A stretch of 64,000 nucleotides of DNA from Planctomycetota bacterium. Its GTDB lineage: Bacteria > Planctomycetota > PLA2 > JAEUHO01. Numbering within the stretch: the first letter of the stretch is position 1; each line of letters opens with the position of its first letter. The stretch covers positions 3,006,731 to 3,070,730 of the forward strand of contig CBDCTJ010000007.1 of NCBI GenBank assembly GCA_965222115.1, given 5' to 3'. A program made the position numbers and the translations under genes. The notes beneath the pieces were generated by a model. That model worked only from the letters and a program-made list of their open reading frames with translations, ran no database searches and was not told the DNA's origin. Shown here in pieces: positions 48,082 through 58,353 of the stretch.

Positions 48082-50220
48082 CTATGACTTCTTCAGCACC
48101 AACCCGTAGTTCTCGATCTTTGAGTCAAGTGTGGGACGACTGACGCCCAGCATGCGTGCTGCCGGCGCCTTCTTGCCACCGCATCGGTTGAGTGCCTCTT
48201 GAATGACTTCGCGCTCAAGTTCTTCGGTGCGTTCCTTGACCATCTCCTTGAGCGACCGCGTGCCCAACTCATCAATCGCTGGATTGCGCGGAACGGGGGT
48301 CGCCAATGCGGGGCTCAGAATCATCGGCACGATGACGTTGTCGCTCAATGCCGCGGCGCGAATGACCTCATTGCGCAACTCTCGAACGTTGCCTGGCCAA
48401 TCATGACGCTTGAATGCGCGCATAGCCGCGTCGCTAACAGTCTTCGTATCCGGCACATCGCCCGCTTGTGTCTCCTTCAGGAAATGTTCGACGAGCAAAG
48501 GAATATCGCCCTGTCGCTCACGAAGGGGTGGCAAGGCAACGGTGATCACATTGAGTCGATAGAAGAGATCCTCACGAAACAACCCCTTCTCACAGAGCTT
48601 TCGTAAATCCTGATTTGATGCTGCGAGCACGCGCACATCGATGGCAATAGGGCGGTTGCCCCCCACCCGCCGAACTTCCCGTTCCTGAAGCACACGTAAC
48701 AGCTTCTTCTGCATGTCCATCGGCATGTCGCCAATCTCATCCAAGAAGATCGTGCCACCGTTGGCCGCTTCAAAGAGTCCCTTGCGATCAGCGGTGGCGC
48801 CTGTAAACGCGCCCTTCTTGAATCCGAAGAGCTCACTCTCAAGCAAGGATTCGGGAATCGCAGCGCAGTTCTCGCTTACGAATGCACCGTTCTTGCGCGG
48901 GCCGTTGTAGTGAATGGCGCGCGCGACAAGCTCCTTACCCGTTCCGCTCTCGCCCTGAATCAGTACCGGCACTTCACTGTCGGTGACCTTATCGAGCAGA
49001 TGAAAGACGTCGCGCATGGCGGGGCTTTCGCCAATGATCCCGCCATAGCTGTATTTGAGCGGTGCTTCATGTCGATCGCGAAGTACCTGATCGCGCACTT
49101 CCTGTAGTTCGGCGCTCGTCTGCGCCACACGATCCGCAAGGATGCGGTTGAGTTCTTCAACTTCGGATTTGGCAAGCGTCAGCTCTTCAAGTCGTTCCTC
49201 GTTCTCGGCATGGAGTCGCGCATTGTTAAGCGCTACTGCCGCCTGGTCCGCAAACATGCGAATCACGGGCAGGTGCTCTTCGTTGAACACGCCGCGCTCA
49301 AAACGGTTGTCGAGGTAAATCGTGCCCACCGGGCCATCCGCGCTCATCACAGGCGCCGCAAGGATGGAGCGCAGACGCAAGCCCGCGACGCTCTTTTGTC
49401 CTGTGAAACGATCGTCGAGGGACGCGTCAGTGACAATTAGCGGATTACCGGTCTTGAGCACTTGACGCTCAACGCTTTTGCTAATCTTGCTGAGCGCATC
49501 ACCCACCGCTTCACGATCGAAATTGCGAGCCGCAACCACGCGGTCCTCTTGCTTGGTTTTCGAAGTTTTCCGTGACCCACTCCGCGTCGCCCGTTTCGAT
49601 TGTATTTTGCTTCGCTCGGGTGCAAGTATGAAAAATCCGCGTTCCGCGCCTGTGTAGCCGATCAGCGTATCGACGATCATTTCGATCACGGCATGGGGTT
49701 GGCGCGACTCAACCATTGCCGTGAGCACGCGCTGCATATGCTCAGCCGCTCTTACAAGTTCCGAGTCAACCAAGAGACCCGGATAGCCTGCGCGATCGGC
49801 GATGAGCGCAAAGCGCGCAGCGGCCACGCGGACCGCTTCAGCACCTCCTTCTCGCGCGGCATCATGCACGACGGCCTCCAATGCATCGAGGGGGCTCTTT
49901 CCCGGCGCCCGCTTAAAGAACCGCATTTCCTGCCGACCCACGCGAATGCGGTCGCCGTCCTGCAACTGACGCTGCTTAATCAGACGATCGTTGACATAGG
50001 TGCCATTCTTGCTTTCGAGATCGACAACTTTCCAAACGCCACTGCCCGTGCGTTCCACGCGACAGTGATTCGCACTCAAGCTTCGATCCGAAAGACTAAT
50101 ATCGGCTTTGGTACCACGACCCACAACGAGCGTGTCGCCAATCATGGGCACAACGTGAGATTCACCGTCCCATTCATACACCATGCAGGGTGAGGTCTTC
50201 GTCGTGGTCTTGCTCATCAA
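48082..50220 (-). CDS. Sigma-54-dependent transcriptional activator (bacterial enhancer-binding protein) with N-terminal FHA and GAF domains
   Basis: FHA at the N-terminus. AAA+ sigma-54 interaction domain with [15 protein letters not shown] and the GAFTGA loop. C-terminal Fis-type HTH. 712 aa. Confidence 0.9.
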   Translation of the reverse strand: MMSKTTTKTSPCMVYEWDGESHVVPMIGDTLVVGRGTKADISLSDRSLSANHCRVERTGSGVWKVVDLESKNGTYVNDRLIKQRQLQDGDRIRVGRQEMRFFKRAPGKSPLDALEAVVHDAAREGGAEAVRVAAARFALIADRAGYPGLLVDSELVRAAEHMQRVLTAMVESRQPHAVIEMIVDTLIGYTGAERGFFILAPERSKIQSKRATRSGSRKTSKTKQEDRVVAARNFDREAVGDALSKISKSVERQVLKTGNPLIVTDASLDDRFTGQKSVAGLRLRSILAAPVMSADGPVGTIYLDNRFERGVFNEEHLPVIRMFADQAAVALNNARLHAENEERLEELTLAKSEVEELNRILADRVAQTSAELQEVRDQVLRDRHEAPLKYSYGGIIGESPAMRDVFHLLDKVTDSEVPVLIQGESGTGKELVARAIHYNGPRKNGAFVSENCAAIPESLLESELFGFKKGAFTGATADRKGLFEAANGGTIFLDEIGDMPMDMQKKLLRVLQEREVRRVGGNRPIAIDVRVLAASNQDLRKLCEKGLFREDLFYRLNVITVALPPLRERQGDIPLLVEHFLKETQAGDVPDTKTVSDAAMRAFKRHDWPGNVRELRNEVIRAAALSDNVIVPMILSPALATPVPRNPAIDELGTRSLKEMVKERTEELEREVIQEALNRCGGKKAPAARMLGVSRPTLDSKIENYGLVLKKS

Positions 50221-52454
50221 ATGCGTTCCAATCGTGCGTACGTCAAGAGCAACTGCTTCTCGCCGTACGCGGAAAAATCAACTGTCACACGCGTGCGCGC
50301 ACCCGCGCCCGCCACCGCCGTGAGCACGCCCTCGCCAAAGAAGGGATGGGCCACACGATCTCCCACCGCAACACCCAGCGATTCTTCACGGACGACTTCG
50401 TTCGTTTCCGGTTGAGCCTCGTCGTGTTGCCCGACTTGGGGCTCGGGATCACGGTCGTACGCATCGGGACCCAGAACCGAGGGATCGGCATAGTCAAAGC
50501 GTGGGCGCCGACGCAGCACCTGCCCCGGGCGACCCGACACACGATCTTCAACGGTGCGCCACGCCTCGGGCACATCCAACAAGTACGGGCTCGGCAGTGG
50601 GCTCGTGGGACCCTGATAGGTCATTCGCCGCATGGCATACGTCGCGGTGAGTCGTTTGCGCGCGCGGGTCATGGCCACATAAAACAGCCGCCGTTCTTCT
50701 TCGCGGCTCTCATGCTCTTCCATGCTTCGTTCGTGCGGAAACAAGCCCGATTCACTGCCCGCAATGACAACGTGGTCATACTCAAGTCCTTTCGCCGCGT
50801 GAACACTCATCAAGTTCACGCGGCCCACGGGATCTTCCGGATCGTCTTGATCGCTAACCAGCGCAACGCGTTCGAGGAAGCCAAGCAGATTCCCCTCTGC
50901 CTCCGTGGCGTCATACTGACGTGCATAGGCAATCAACTCGTCGATATTCTCAACGCGTTGACGCTCCATTTCGTCGGGATGATCTTCCAGTGCGTTGCGA
51001 TAGCCCGTAGCACGCACCAGGTGATTGAGAATCGGTGCCACGGGTGTGTCCGGCATCGCGCGCGCGACGGCCAACAGTTCGGCGAAACGTTCCATACCCT
51101 TTCGGGCGCGACCCTTTAGCACGCCCACCTCCCCGCGTGCCGCCCACATTGCCGCCGACAACCCCTGTTCCGCGGCCGCCACGCGAAAGCGGGACAGGCT
51201 TGTTGCTCCAATTCCGCGTTTCGGCACGTTTACAACACGATCAAACGCCGCAATGTCGCCGGGATTCACAACCAAACGCAAGTAGCACACGAGATCCTTT
51301 ACTTCTCTGCGTTGGAAGAACTCAATGCCCGCAACAACGATATAGGGCACGCGCAGCGTGCGGAATCCGAGCTCGATGGCGCGCGACAAGGCATTCACGC
51401 GGTAAAAGACCGCCATTTCACCGAGGGCGCCACCGTGCTCAGCCCAGCGCTCCGCCAGGCGCGCGATGGCAAGCCCCTCATCGTCAGCATTTGCGCAACG
51501 CACGACGTGCATGGGCGTGCCTTCGGGATTTTCTGTGCGCAAGACCTTCTTGGGTCGATCTTCGTTCTTATCGATGACCGCTTCTGACGCATACAAAATG
51601 GCCTTGGTGGAACGATAGTTTTGATCCAACACAACCGTCGTGGCGCCTTCGACATCGCGCTCGAAGTTGAGGATGTTCTTGACGGCCGCGCCACGCCAAC
51701 TGTAGATGCTCTGATCCGGGTCACCGACGGCCGTGAGATCGCGCGTGGGCGATAACAGCCGCATAACCAAGTCTCGCTGCATCACATTCGTGTCTTGATA
51801 CTCGTCTACGAGGATGTGCGTAAATCGCTCGCGCAAGAGTTCGCGGGTGTCTTCGACGTCCACAAGTAGACGCACCGCTTCCGCGAGGAGATCATCGAAA
51901 TCGACGAGACTGCCCTGCGTGAGCTTTCGTTGGTATTCAGCGAATGCCTCGTCGAATGCCGACATCAATCCGCGCGATTCCAAACGCCGATCCTCACGGA
52001 TGCTTTGACGCCCCTGTTTGCGCAACGAAATCAACGCGGCGAGTTCGCGCGGCTTGAAGCCCGAGGCATGATGGCCGATTTCCTTAATCAGGCGCGTCAG
52101 CAGACGCCGCTGGTCATCGCGATCGAGAATCGTAAATTGGGGATCGATGCCGACGTCTTCGCCGTGACGCCGGAGGAGGTAGGCGCCAAATCCGTGAAAC
52201 GTCCCAGCCCAAACCCCACGATCGACGTCCAGATCAGCCAATCGGTCGCGCATGACCCCCGCGGCTCGATTGGTAAAGGTGATTGCCAGAATGGAACTGG
52301 GGTGTACGCCCTGCTCGACCAGCCAGGCGACCCGGTGGGTCAGAACCCGCGTTTTTCCCGTTCCGGCCCCAGCGACCACCAAAAGGGGGCCTCCGGGATG
52401 GGTAACGGCCTCGCGTTGGCGCTCATTGAGGTCGTGTAAGGCGATCGAGGCCAA
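50217..52454 (-). CDS. UvrD/PcrA/Rep-family ATP-dependent DNA helicase
   Basis: Walker A AGAGTGKTRVLTHRVAWL. Helicase motifs run through the C-terminal half. TTG start with a GGAG SD. 745 aa. Confidence 0.9.
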   Translation of the reverse strand: MASIALHDLNERQREAVTHPGGPLLVVAGAGTGKTRVLTHRVAWLVEQGVHPSSILAITFTNRAAGVMRDRLADLDVDRGVWAGTFHGFGAYLLRRHGEDVGIDPQFTILDRDDQRRLLTRLIKEIGHHASGFKPRELAALISLRKQGRQSIREDRRLESRGLMSAFDEAFAEYQRKLTQGSLVDFDDLLAEAVRLLVDVEDTRELLRERFTHILVDEYQDTNVMQRDLVMRLLSPTRDLTAVGDPDQSIYSWRGAAVKNILNFERDVEGATTVVLDQNYRSTKAILYASEAVIDKNEDRPKKVLRTENPEGTPMHVVRCANADDEGLAIARLAERWAEHGGALGEMAVFYRVNALSRAIELGFRTLRVPYIVVAGIEFFQRREVKDLVCYLRLVVNPGDIAAFDRVVNVPKRGIGATSLSRFRVAAAEQGLSAAMWAARGEVGVLKGRARKGMERFAELLAVARAMPDTPVAPILNHLVRATGYRNALEDHPDEMERQRVENIDELIAYARQYDATEAEGNLLGFLERVALVSDQDDPEDPVGRVNLMSVHAAKGLEYDHVVIAGSESGLFPHERSMEEHESREEERRLFYVAMTRARKRLTATYAMRRMTYQGPTSPLPSPYLLDVPEAWRTVEDRVSGRPGQVLRRRPRFDYADPSVLGPDAYDRDPEPQVGQHDEAQPETNEVVREESLGVAVGDRVAHPFFGEGVLTAVAGAGARTRVTVDFSAYGEKQLLLTYARLERI

Positions 52455-52477
52455 GAAATCGCGCTCCTCGGAGGGTC

Positions 52478-52500
52478 CTGGTCCCCTTCATCGGGACCAG
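52478..52500. promoter_or_regulatory. Perfect 8-bp hairpin or operator-like inverted repeat (CTGGTCCC-N7-GGGACCAG) in the helicase 5' region
   Basis: Read directly. Lies 24 nt upstream of the helicase start codon. Confidence 0.3.
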
Positions 52501-52575
52501 AAACGTCAAATTGTCATGGTTCTCTACGTAATAGTGTAAAATAACCCGACACGCGTGTACCAGGCCAAAATCGCT

Positions 52576-52605
52576 GCGCCACAAATACCAGGTATTTTTG
52601 GCGCA
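52576..52605. repeat. REP-like palindrome, copy 7
   Basis: TGCGCCACAAATACC-A-GGTATTTTTGGCGCA, the most symmetric copy. Lies in the divergent region ~70 nt upstream of rpmB. Confidence 0.7.
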
Positions 52606-52677
52606 TGGGGATCCCTTCTTGGTGCCAATCGTGCGGGCGCCTACCCTTTCCGGCTTCCGCCCAAGGAGTTGCTTATG

Positions 52678-52941
52678 CCCCGTGTATGCCAGTACAGCGG
52701 TAAGAAGACTCGCGCCGGTCGCACCTACACCACACGCGGTTTGGCCAAGTCCAAGGGCGGTGTCGGTAAGAAGACCACCGGGAAGACCAAACGCATGTTC
52801 AAGCCCAATATTCAACGCGTTCGCGCGGTGGTGGATGGGCGCGTGGTGCGCGTAAAAGTATCGGCCAAGTTGCTTCGCCGCGGTGTGATTCAAAAGCCTG
52901 TACGCCGCACCTGGAAGCCTGACGCGCCCGAGGGCACCTAG
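52678..52941 (+). CDS. rpmB: 50S ribosomal protein L28, with an internal Lys/Gly/Thr-rich insertion
   Basis: N-terminal MPRVCQYSGKK and the ...KRMFKPNIQ block match the L28 family. 88 aa versus a typical ~78. Confidence 0.8.
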   Translation, partial: PRVCQYSGKKTRAGRTYTTRGLAKSKGGVGKKTTGKTKRMFKPNIQRVRAVVDGRVVRVKVSAKLLRRGVIQKPVRRTWKPDAPEGT

Positions 52942-53097
52942 ACCGACTCCGTACGTTTTCTAAGAGCCGCACGTTTCATCCAACGGTTGCCGGTCATCCA
53001 ACGGTTGCCAGCTCACGACATGAGACGCGCGGCGATCAATCTAACCGGCTACCGATACCGACTTCGGTGACGGACCGGGGGAATACCATTTCGCTGC

Positions 53098-54849
53098 ATG
53101 GCATCGATGGCAACGCCAACGCCCGGGTCCGACGACATTGAGTGGATCGATGAGGGCGAATCGAACGGCGAGCAAGCGAGTTCAAGCCAGTCCTCAGGCC
53201 GTACACGCAACGCGGCCCGCTCGCGTAACACGACTCGCTCAAGCGGTAGGAATCGACGCCCCAAACCGCGCGAACCCCAGCCCCAGCGCTATCGCGGGAT
53301 TATTCCACGCGATCTACTTGACCGGGATGCGCTCGACGTGGTGCGCACGCTTCAACGTAATGGGCACGAGGCCTATTTGGTCGGCGGCTGCGTCAGGGAC
53401 CTACTCGCGGGCCTGGCACCAAAGGACTTTGACGTGGCCACCGATGCACACCCCAATCGCATCAAGCGCCTGTTCCGACGCGCACGAGTGATTGGACGCC
53501 GCTTTCGTCTTGTGCATGTGCGCTACGGTCCGAATCACGTCATTGAAACGGCCACCTTCCGCGGAACGCCAAACGAACAAGCACCACAGAACGACTCGAT
53601 CGCACCCGATGGTCGCAGGCGCGACTGGCGCGACTCCGTTGAAAACGTGTTTGGAACGGCCTTCGAAGACGCACACCGCCGCGACTTTACCGTCAACGCC
53701 CTGTTCTACGATCCGCATGACGACGAAGTCATCGACTGGGTAGGCGGCTACGACGACATTCAGTCCAAGGTCATTCGATGCATCGGCGATCCGCACGTGC
53801 GTATTGAGGAAGATCCTGTGCGCATGTTGCGCGCCGTTCACTTCTCCGAGCGCATGAAATTCAAGGTGGAACCCGCCCTTGAGTCGGCGATTCGAGATAT
53901 GTCGATGTGCATCATGGATGCGAGCAATGCACGGCTCTATGTAGAACTCATCAAGATGCTGTCTCGTCGCGCGGCAAGTGGCACCTTTCGCGGATTGCAT
54001 ACGTTGGGCGTACTGGAACCGTGGCTCCCCAATCTCGACGCCTACCTCGTTAAAATGTCGGCATCCGAGGGCGACGAGGAAGAAGACGGCACGCCGGCAT
54101 GGGTGAACGCCACGCGCGTTCCGTGGGATATCATGACCACGGCGGATACGTGGGATTACTCCGAACACGACGCCGTCCCCGATAGCATTCGCATGGCCGC
54201 GTTGTTTGGCCCTTACTTGCTCAATACGTGGGTTCAAGGCATGCGCGGGCCCAAGTCGCGGCAGGCGCCGTCACGTGGCAAGTACCTCGGCCGCGGTTAC
54301 GCATCTTTTGGACATCATATGACGCGTACGTTTGGTCCGGTGGCGCGCCTCATGAGCATTCCACGCTGGGCCACACGCGAACTCACCGATCTCTTGTGGA
54401 TCGCAATGCACCTAGCATGGGAGCCTCGCAGCAACTTCGACCGTGGACTCATGCGCCGTCGGGCATTCGCACCCGCGCTCGTCTACAGCGCTTGGTGTGC
54501 GGACGTCACCGACACCTCCACCGAAACGCTTCATCAATGGGAGGACGAAGCGGCTGAAGCCGGTGCCATCACCACGATGCGGCGCTACACCCAGACTGGA
54601 AATGCCCGTCGTGGTGGACGCGGACCAAGGGGCGGCGGCGGGGGCCGAGGGCGCTCGCGTCGCGGGCGGGGCGGCAACGCTCGTGGCCGAACACCGAACA
54701 ATCGAAGCTCGTCGGACCGGTCTCGCAAACCATCGCGCAAAAAACCCAGCAAGAAGGCTCCCAGGCGCAGGTCAAGACCCGCGGGCGCTGAAGCCGACGC
54801 CCACGCACCACCACCCCCGCGCCGCCCCGCGAGCGAAGATGTGGGTTAG
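53098..54849 (+). CDS. pcnB: Poly(A) polymerase I / tRNA nucleotidyltransferase family, with an Arg/Gly-rich C-terminal tail
   Basis: LVGGCVRDLLAGLAPKDFDVATDAHP head-domain motif, then RRFRLVHV. The tail is RRGGRGPRGGGGGRGRSRRGRGGNARGR. Confidence 0.8.
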   Translation: MASMATPTPGSDDIEWIDEGESNGEQASSSQSSGRTRNAARSRNTTRSSGRNRRPKPREPQPQRYRGIIPRDLLDRDALDVVRTLQRNGHEAYLVGGCVRDLLAGLAPKDFDVATDAHPNRIKRLFRRARVIGRRFRLVHVRYGPNHVIETATFRGTPNEQAPQNDSIAPDGRRRDWRDSVENVFGTAFEDAHRRDFTVNALFYDPHDDEVIDWVGGYDDIQSKVIRCIGDPHVRIEEDPVRMLRAVHFSERMKFKVEPALESAIRDMSMCIMDASNARLYVELIKMLSRRAASGTFRGLHTLGVLEPWLPNLDAYLVKMSASEGDEEEDGTPAWVNATRVPWDIMTTADTWDYSEHDAVPDSIRMAALFGPYLLNTWVQGMRGPKSRQAPSRGKYLGRGYASFGHHMTRTFGPVARLMSIPRWATRELTDLLWIAMHLAWEPRSNFDRGLMRRRAFAPALVYSAWCADVTDTSTETLHQWEDEAAEAGAITTMRRYTQTGNARRGGRGPRGGGGGRGRSRRGRGGNARGRTPNNRSSSDRSRKPSRKKPSKKAPRRRSRPAGAEADAHAPPPPRRPASEDVG

Positions 54850-54894
54850 CAAGGCCCCCGGCTACCATAGGACCTGCCTCGGAAGGAGTTCCCC

Positions 54895-55176
54895 ATGGCC
54901 GACGATTCATCCAGTTCGAACGCACGCACGACCGAAGACAACGTCATAACCGATCGCGGCGCGCGCCGCGCGTTCGCCGTGGTGACCGTGCTCGGCACAA
55001 TCGTCGGACTCCTGCTCGGCTACTGCTGGTACGGCTCCCTGGCGAGCGTGCGGGCCTGGAACGTGTACGGTCTGGTGCTCATTACGTTCATCTTCGTCTA
55101 CGGACTCATCGTTGGCATCCGCGCATGGTCCAACCAATGCGCCATTTTCCGTGAAGAAGAGAACGCGGCGCCGTAG
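54895..55176 (+). CDS. Small two-TM membrane protein
   Basis: GGAAGGAG SD 8 nt upstream. Two hydrophobic helices. 93 aa. Confidence 0.4.
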   Translation: MADDSSSSNARTTEDNVITDRGARRAFAVVTVLGTIVGLLLGYCWYGSLASVRAWNVYGLVLITFIFVYGLIVGIRAWSNQCAIFREEENAAP

Positions 55177-55475
55177 TGCGACTTGTGTAAGCGCCATGTG
55201 ATATTCGGAAGAGCAACAGCCGAGGGTCACGAGGTTGGTGGGAAAATATCTGGCTGCTCATCACGTACGCCGTAGCTCTCTGGAACGTGAAACTCGAGAT
55301 GTTGGTCGACGCTGCCGCATCCACCATGGCCGTCACGCTGCGAATCGCGTCGCGTTGATGGAGAACACAGAAAACGCATCTTTGTAGGCGAGACTTAAGT
55401 CATGAACTTGGTGGGAGAAAACGCGGCACGGTATTGTGAAACTGGTGGGAATAGACGGGGCGCGGTATGCCGGGG

Positions 55476-56501
55476 TTACATGAGTTTAACGGCTCGGAGC
55501 CAGTCGGCATAGATCTCTACAAAATGACGAGGCGCCACCTTCAAGGCACGTATTGCGGCCTTTCTCTCATTGAATTCGATCAGGAGATGTAGAAGCTGGT
55601 AGCCCTTGCCATGACTCTGGCCGACCTGAATACTGAAGTTCGAATGCCATTCATCATGCAACTCGCGCGACCCCTCTAACACTGTAACGCGACACCAATC
55701 GTAAATCAGATCTCTCGCTCTGGGCGGCGTGCCCAGCACTTTTCGAGCAAGGCGATTGTCACCACTTCGAAGAACGATGTACGCATAGACCCCTCGCGTA
55801 GTAGGGCTCGGATTGCCCAAGTTCTCTTCGATAATGCGAATAGCCGTACTCTGCTCACCTAGAACGAAATAAGAGATAGCGAGTGCCCGTACGCATCGCT
55901 CAGAGTCCGGAAATCTCGTGAGTGCATCTCGAAAATGCGCCACGGCCAGACCCGAATTCTCTCGGCGAAGGGCGATTCCAAAGTTGTACGCGGCTTCCTC
56001 GCTATCTGGAGCTATCTCACAGGCCGAACGGAAGCTGATTTTACTCTGATCAAATCGTCCTGCATGTGCTTGCGCGCTCCCAAGAAGTATCAGATTGTCA
56101 GCGCGGTCACCGGCATCGGAATCAGTGCTAACTAGTGCTGACTCCAGCTGGGTGATCGCCTCGTCAAAATCGCCCACATCATCCAAGAGACGCCCGACGA
56201 ATGCGTGACACTTCGCGCGGATCTGAGAGGAGTCCGCACTTGAGAGCGCAACTCTTGCAGCCTCAATCGCTCCATCGGTGTCACCCATGTCTTCCAGCCA
56301 AAGACCAAGTAAAATCCACCGTCGGACATCACCGGGCTCAGTTGACAGGTGGTTTCGCAAGAGCCTTACGGCCACCCGCTCTCGCCCTGCTGCCCACGCA
56401 CGATCCGCTGCTTTCCAGTCTTTATGTCTGGTCAACGGCTTAGTCCTTTTCGGCCCAGTCGGCGAATACCGCATGTGCAGAAACGGACCGGATGACTGCA
56501 C
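55476..56501 (-). CDS. TPR-repeat protein, lying in lower-GC DNA
   Basis: Several degenerate TPR-like helical repeats. Local GC is visibly lower than the window average. Confidence 0.55.
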   Translation of the reverse strand: MQSSGPFLHMRYSPTGPKRTKPLTRHKDWKAADRAWAAGRERVAVRLLRNHLSTEPGDVRRWILLGLWLEDMGDTDGAIEAARVALSSADSSQIRAKCHAFVGRLLDDVGDFDEAITQLESALVSTDSDAGDRADNLILLGSAQAHAGRFDQSKISFRSACEIAPDSEEAAYNFGIALRRENSGLAVAHFRDALTRFPDSERCVRALAISYFVLGEQSTAIRIIEENLGNPSPTTRGVYAYIVLRSGDNRLARKVLGTPPRARDLIYDWCRVTVLEGSRELHDEWHSNFSIQVGQSHGKGYQLLHLLIEFNERKAAIRALKVAPRHFVEIYADWLRAVKLM

Positions 56502-56636
56502 TCACATTCACTCAGCTCCAGAAACGACGGAATCGAATGAAGTAGACCTGCGATCAGCAACGAGCAATTTCTCGGATGCAAGTAAGCGCCTCAAATGCTC
56601 TCTACCCTAGTATCTAAGGATCAAGCTCTGACTTGA

Positions 56637-56867
56637 TTAGAGTGCACGGGTATCAGGTAAAGGAAAAAGAGGCTTGGGGGGAGGGATGCAGATAGGGGGC
56701 CAGATTACCTCGGGAGTTCCCCTTCTCTTGTGAATTTCTTTTAGCTTCTTTGCCTCTTCGATCTCTTCTGGATTAGGAATAGGTAAAACCTCACTTGCAC
56801 CGCGGTGCGCAGCCTCAGCGACGGAGTCAGAATTTGCAATTACCCATATCGCAGTTCCTATGCTCAA
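56637..56867 (-). CDS. Small hypothetical protein (TTG start), lying in low-GC DNA
   Basis: 76-aa ORF. An AGGAAAG motif sits upstream of the TTG. Confidence 0.25.
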   Translation of the reverse strand: MSIGTAIWVIANSDSVAEAAHRGASEVLPIPNPEEIEEAKKLKEIHKRRGTPEVIWPPICIPPPKPLFPLPDTRAL

Positions 56868-56965
56868 TACTTTCCTACTAATTGCACCAAATACTCCTTT
56901 GGCAACTCCTTTAGACCCGGACTTTGGTTTGCTCGCTGTCCCGGAACGTTGTCGAGCCTGATTTT

Positions 56966-57238
56966 TCAGTTCGTTTCTCTGATTCTGCCTTGTTTTGTCC
57001 GTTGATTCAGCGACGCTGCCCTTATCAGGTCCTTCCGCCTTTTCAATATCGGCTTGGGTTTGAAACGGATCCGTGTTCTGGCTCTTGTGGTGATTACCCT
57101 CTCCCTTACCTTCGTCAAGAAGTCTCTGTCGCGCTTCCTTCTTGGTGAGAGCTTTCTGGCCCCTGGCTTCCCTCGCCTCTTGCCCCCGCTGTCGATTGGC
57201 TTCCCTCGATCGATCCCGATTTCTGCTGTGTCCCTCAC
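56966..57238 (-). CDS. Small basic hypothetical ORF whose start lies inside the IS terminal repeat
   Basis: 90 aa, Arg/Lys-rich. The start codon is contributed by the IS end and the ORF reads outward from the IS. Confidence 0.2.
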   Translation of the reverse strand: MRDTAEIGIDRGKPIDSGGKRRGKPGARKLSPRRKRDRDFLTKVRERVITTRARTRIRFKPKPILKRRKDLIRAASLNQRTKQGRIRETN

Positions 57239-58353
57239 GAGTTTCTGTCCGGTTGCTCTGGGGAAATGGGTGTTGATATTCGGCCTCTCCGAATCGTTAA
57301 GTACTTGAGTTTTTGTAACGCATGTGTGATTGATCTTCGTTTCAGCACGTCCATCGCAATCGGTCGATCCATCTTACGTGGATCTCGCGCGTGTGCTACG
57401 AGTTGACGCTGTGCTTCTTCATCGACGGCACGCTTGAATGCCTCTCGGTCGATTGGCGTAATGGGATCACGTTGCATAAACGCCTCGATCGGTGAAGGTC
57501 CTCTTGGACCCCACGGGCGCAGCGTTCCGTTTGCTTGGCGCCGTGCATGTTCGATGTCCCATGCGCCCCAGATGCCCGGATGGCCCTCGCGGTGGGCGAT
57601 GTGTTGTATGCGCTTTTTCATCCACCCAAGGCTGCGCTCCACGGATCCGTTGTACGAAGGCGTGTAGGCCGGCGAGCGCAACGACGCAACGCCACGGGAC
57701 TCTAGGAGTTTCTGCGTCTTGTGGGCCAAGAAGGCCGGGCCGCCGTCGTGCTTCATCACAAGCGGCGGCTCATAGGCCGCGAAGAGGGTTCGCAGACACT
57801 TTAGCACTTCGCTGGTTCGCTCCCCTTTGCACAGCACACACGTCAATCGCATCCCGCTCGCCAAGTCGCGAACCACAAGCAAGCATTTGTAGCCGTCGGG
57901 AAGTTTGGCGGTGGGCTTGGTAAAGTCCATCGCCCATGTCGTGCCCGCACGCATCCACTTGAGTCGCCGCTCGTACAGTCCGCGACGCCGTTCCCGGACG
58001 CGCTTTAGGCGCTTCTTCATGCTTGTGATCATGCGATAGGGAACCTCTTCGAACATCGAGCGAATCTGTGCAACACCCGCGCAGGGCCCAAGGGCGAGCA
58101 TGAGGAGAATCACGCCTTGACGCGTGTCCCGATCAACGGCACGCGGCTTGGGGCCACGATTCTTAGGCTTCAGTGTGCCTTCGCGCTCACGCTGATCCCA
58201 ACGCCGAATGCTTCGCTCACTTACCTGGTCGGTGCTGGCGACCGCGTTGCGCACCGCAACGCGCACCTGAGGCGCGGCCGCTCGCACCACCTGCACGGCG
58301 CGATCACGGCGGTCGTGGGCGCACTGCGCTTGGGAACTGACGTAGACTTTCAT
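57235..58353 (-). CDS. DDE (rve integrase-core) transposase
   Basis: Catalytic-triad context WAMDFT, MKHDGGPAF and YNGSVERS. N-terminal HTH. Start overlaps the upstream HTH gene by 4 nt. Confidence 0.8.
   Translation of the reverse strand: MKVYVSSQAQCAHDRRDRAVQVVRAAAPQVRVAVRNAVASTDQVSERSIRRWDQREREGTLKPKNRGPKPRAVDRDTRQGVILLMLALGPCAGVAQIRSMFEEVPYRMITSMKKRLKRVRERRRGLYERRLKWMRAGTTWAMDFTKPTAKLPDGYKCLLVVRDLASGMRLTCVLCKGERTSEVLKCLRTLFAAYEPPLVMKHDGGPAFLAHKTQKLLESRGVASLRSPAYTPSYNGSVERSLGWMKKRIQHIAHREGHPGIWGAWDIEHARRQANGTLRPWGPRGPSPIEAFMQRDPITPIDREAFKRAVDEEAQRQLVAHARDPRKMDRPIAMDVLKRRSITHALQKLKYLTIRRGRISTPISPEQPDRNS

Noticed and set aside
3390-52605. Reading the 31-bp palindromes simply as sigma-54 promoters
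   Set aside because: The GG-N10-GC spacing fits. However, copies 1, 2 and 4-6 point into gene ends or antisense regions, and the elements are symmetric palindromes. Kept only as a secondary possibility.
54895-55176. Toxin-antitoxin pair around the small membrane protein
   Set aside because: There is only one small ORF and no partner gene with overlapping stop and start. Reported only as a small membrane protein.
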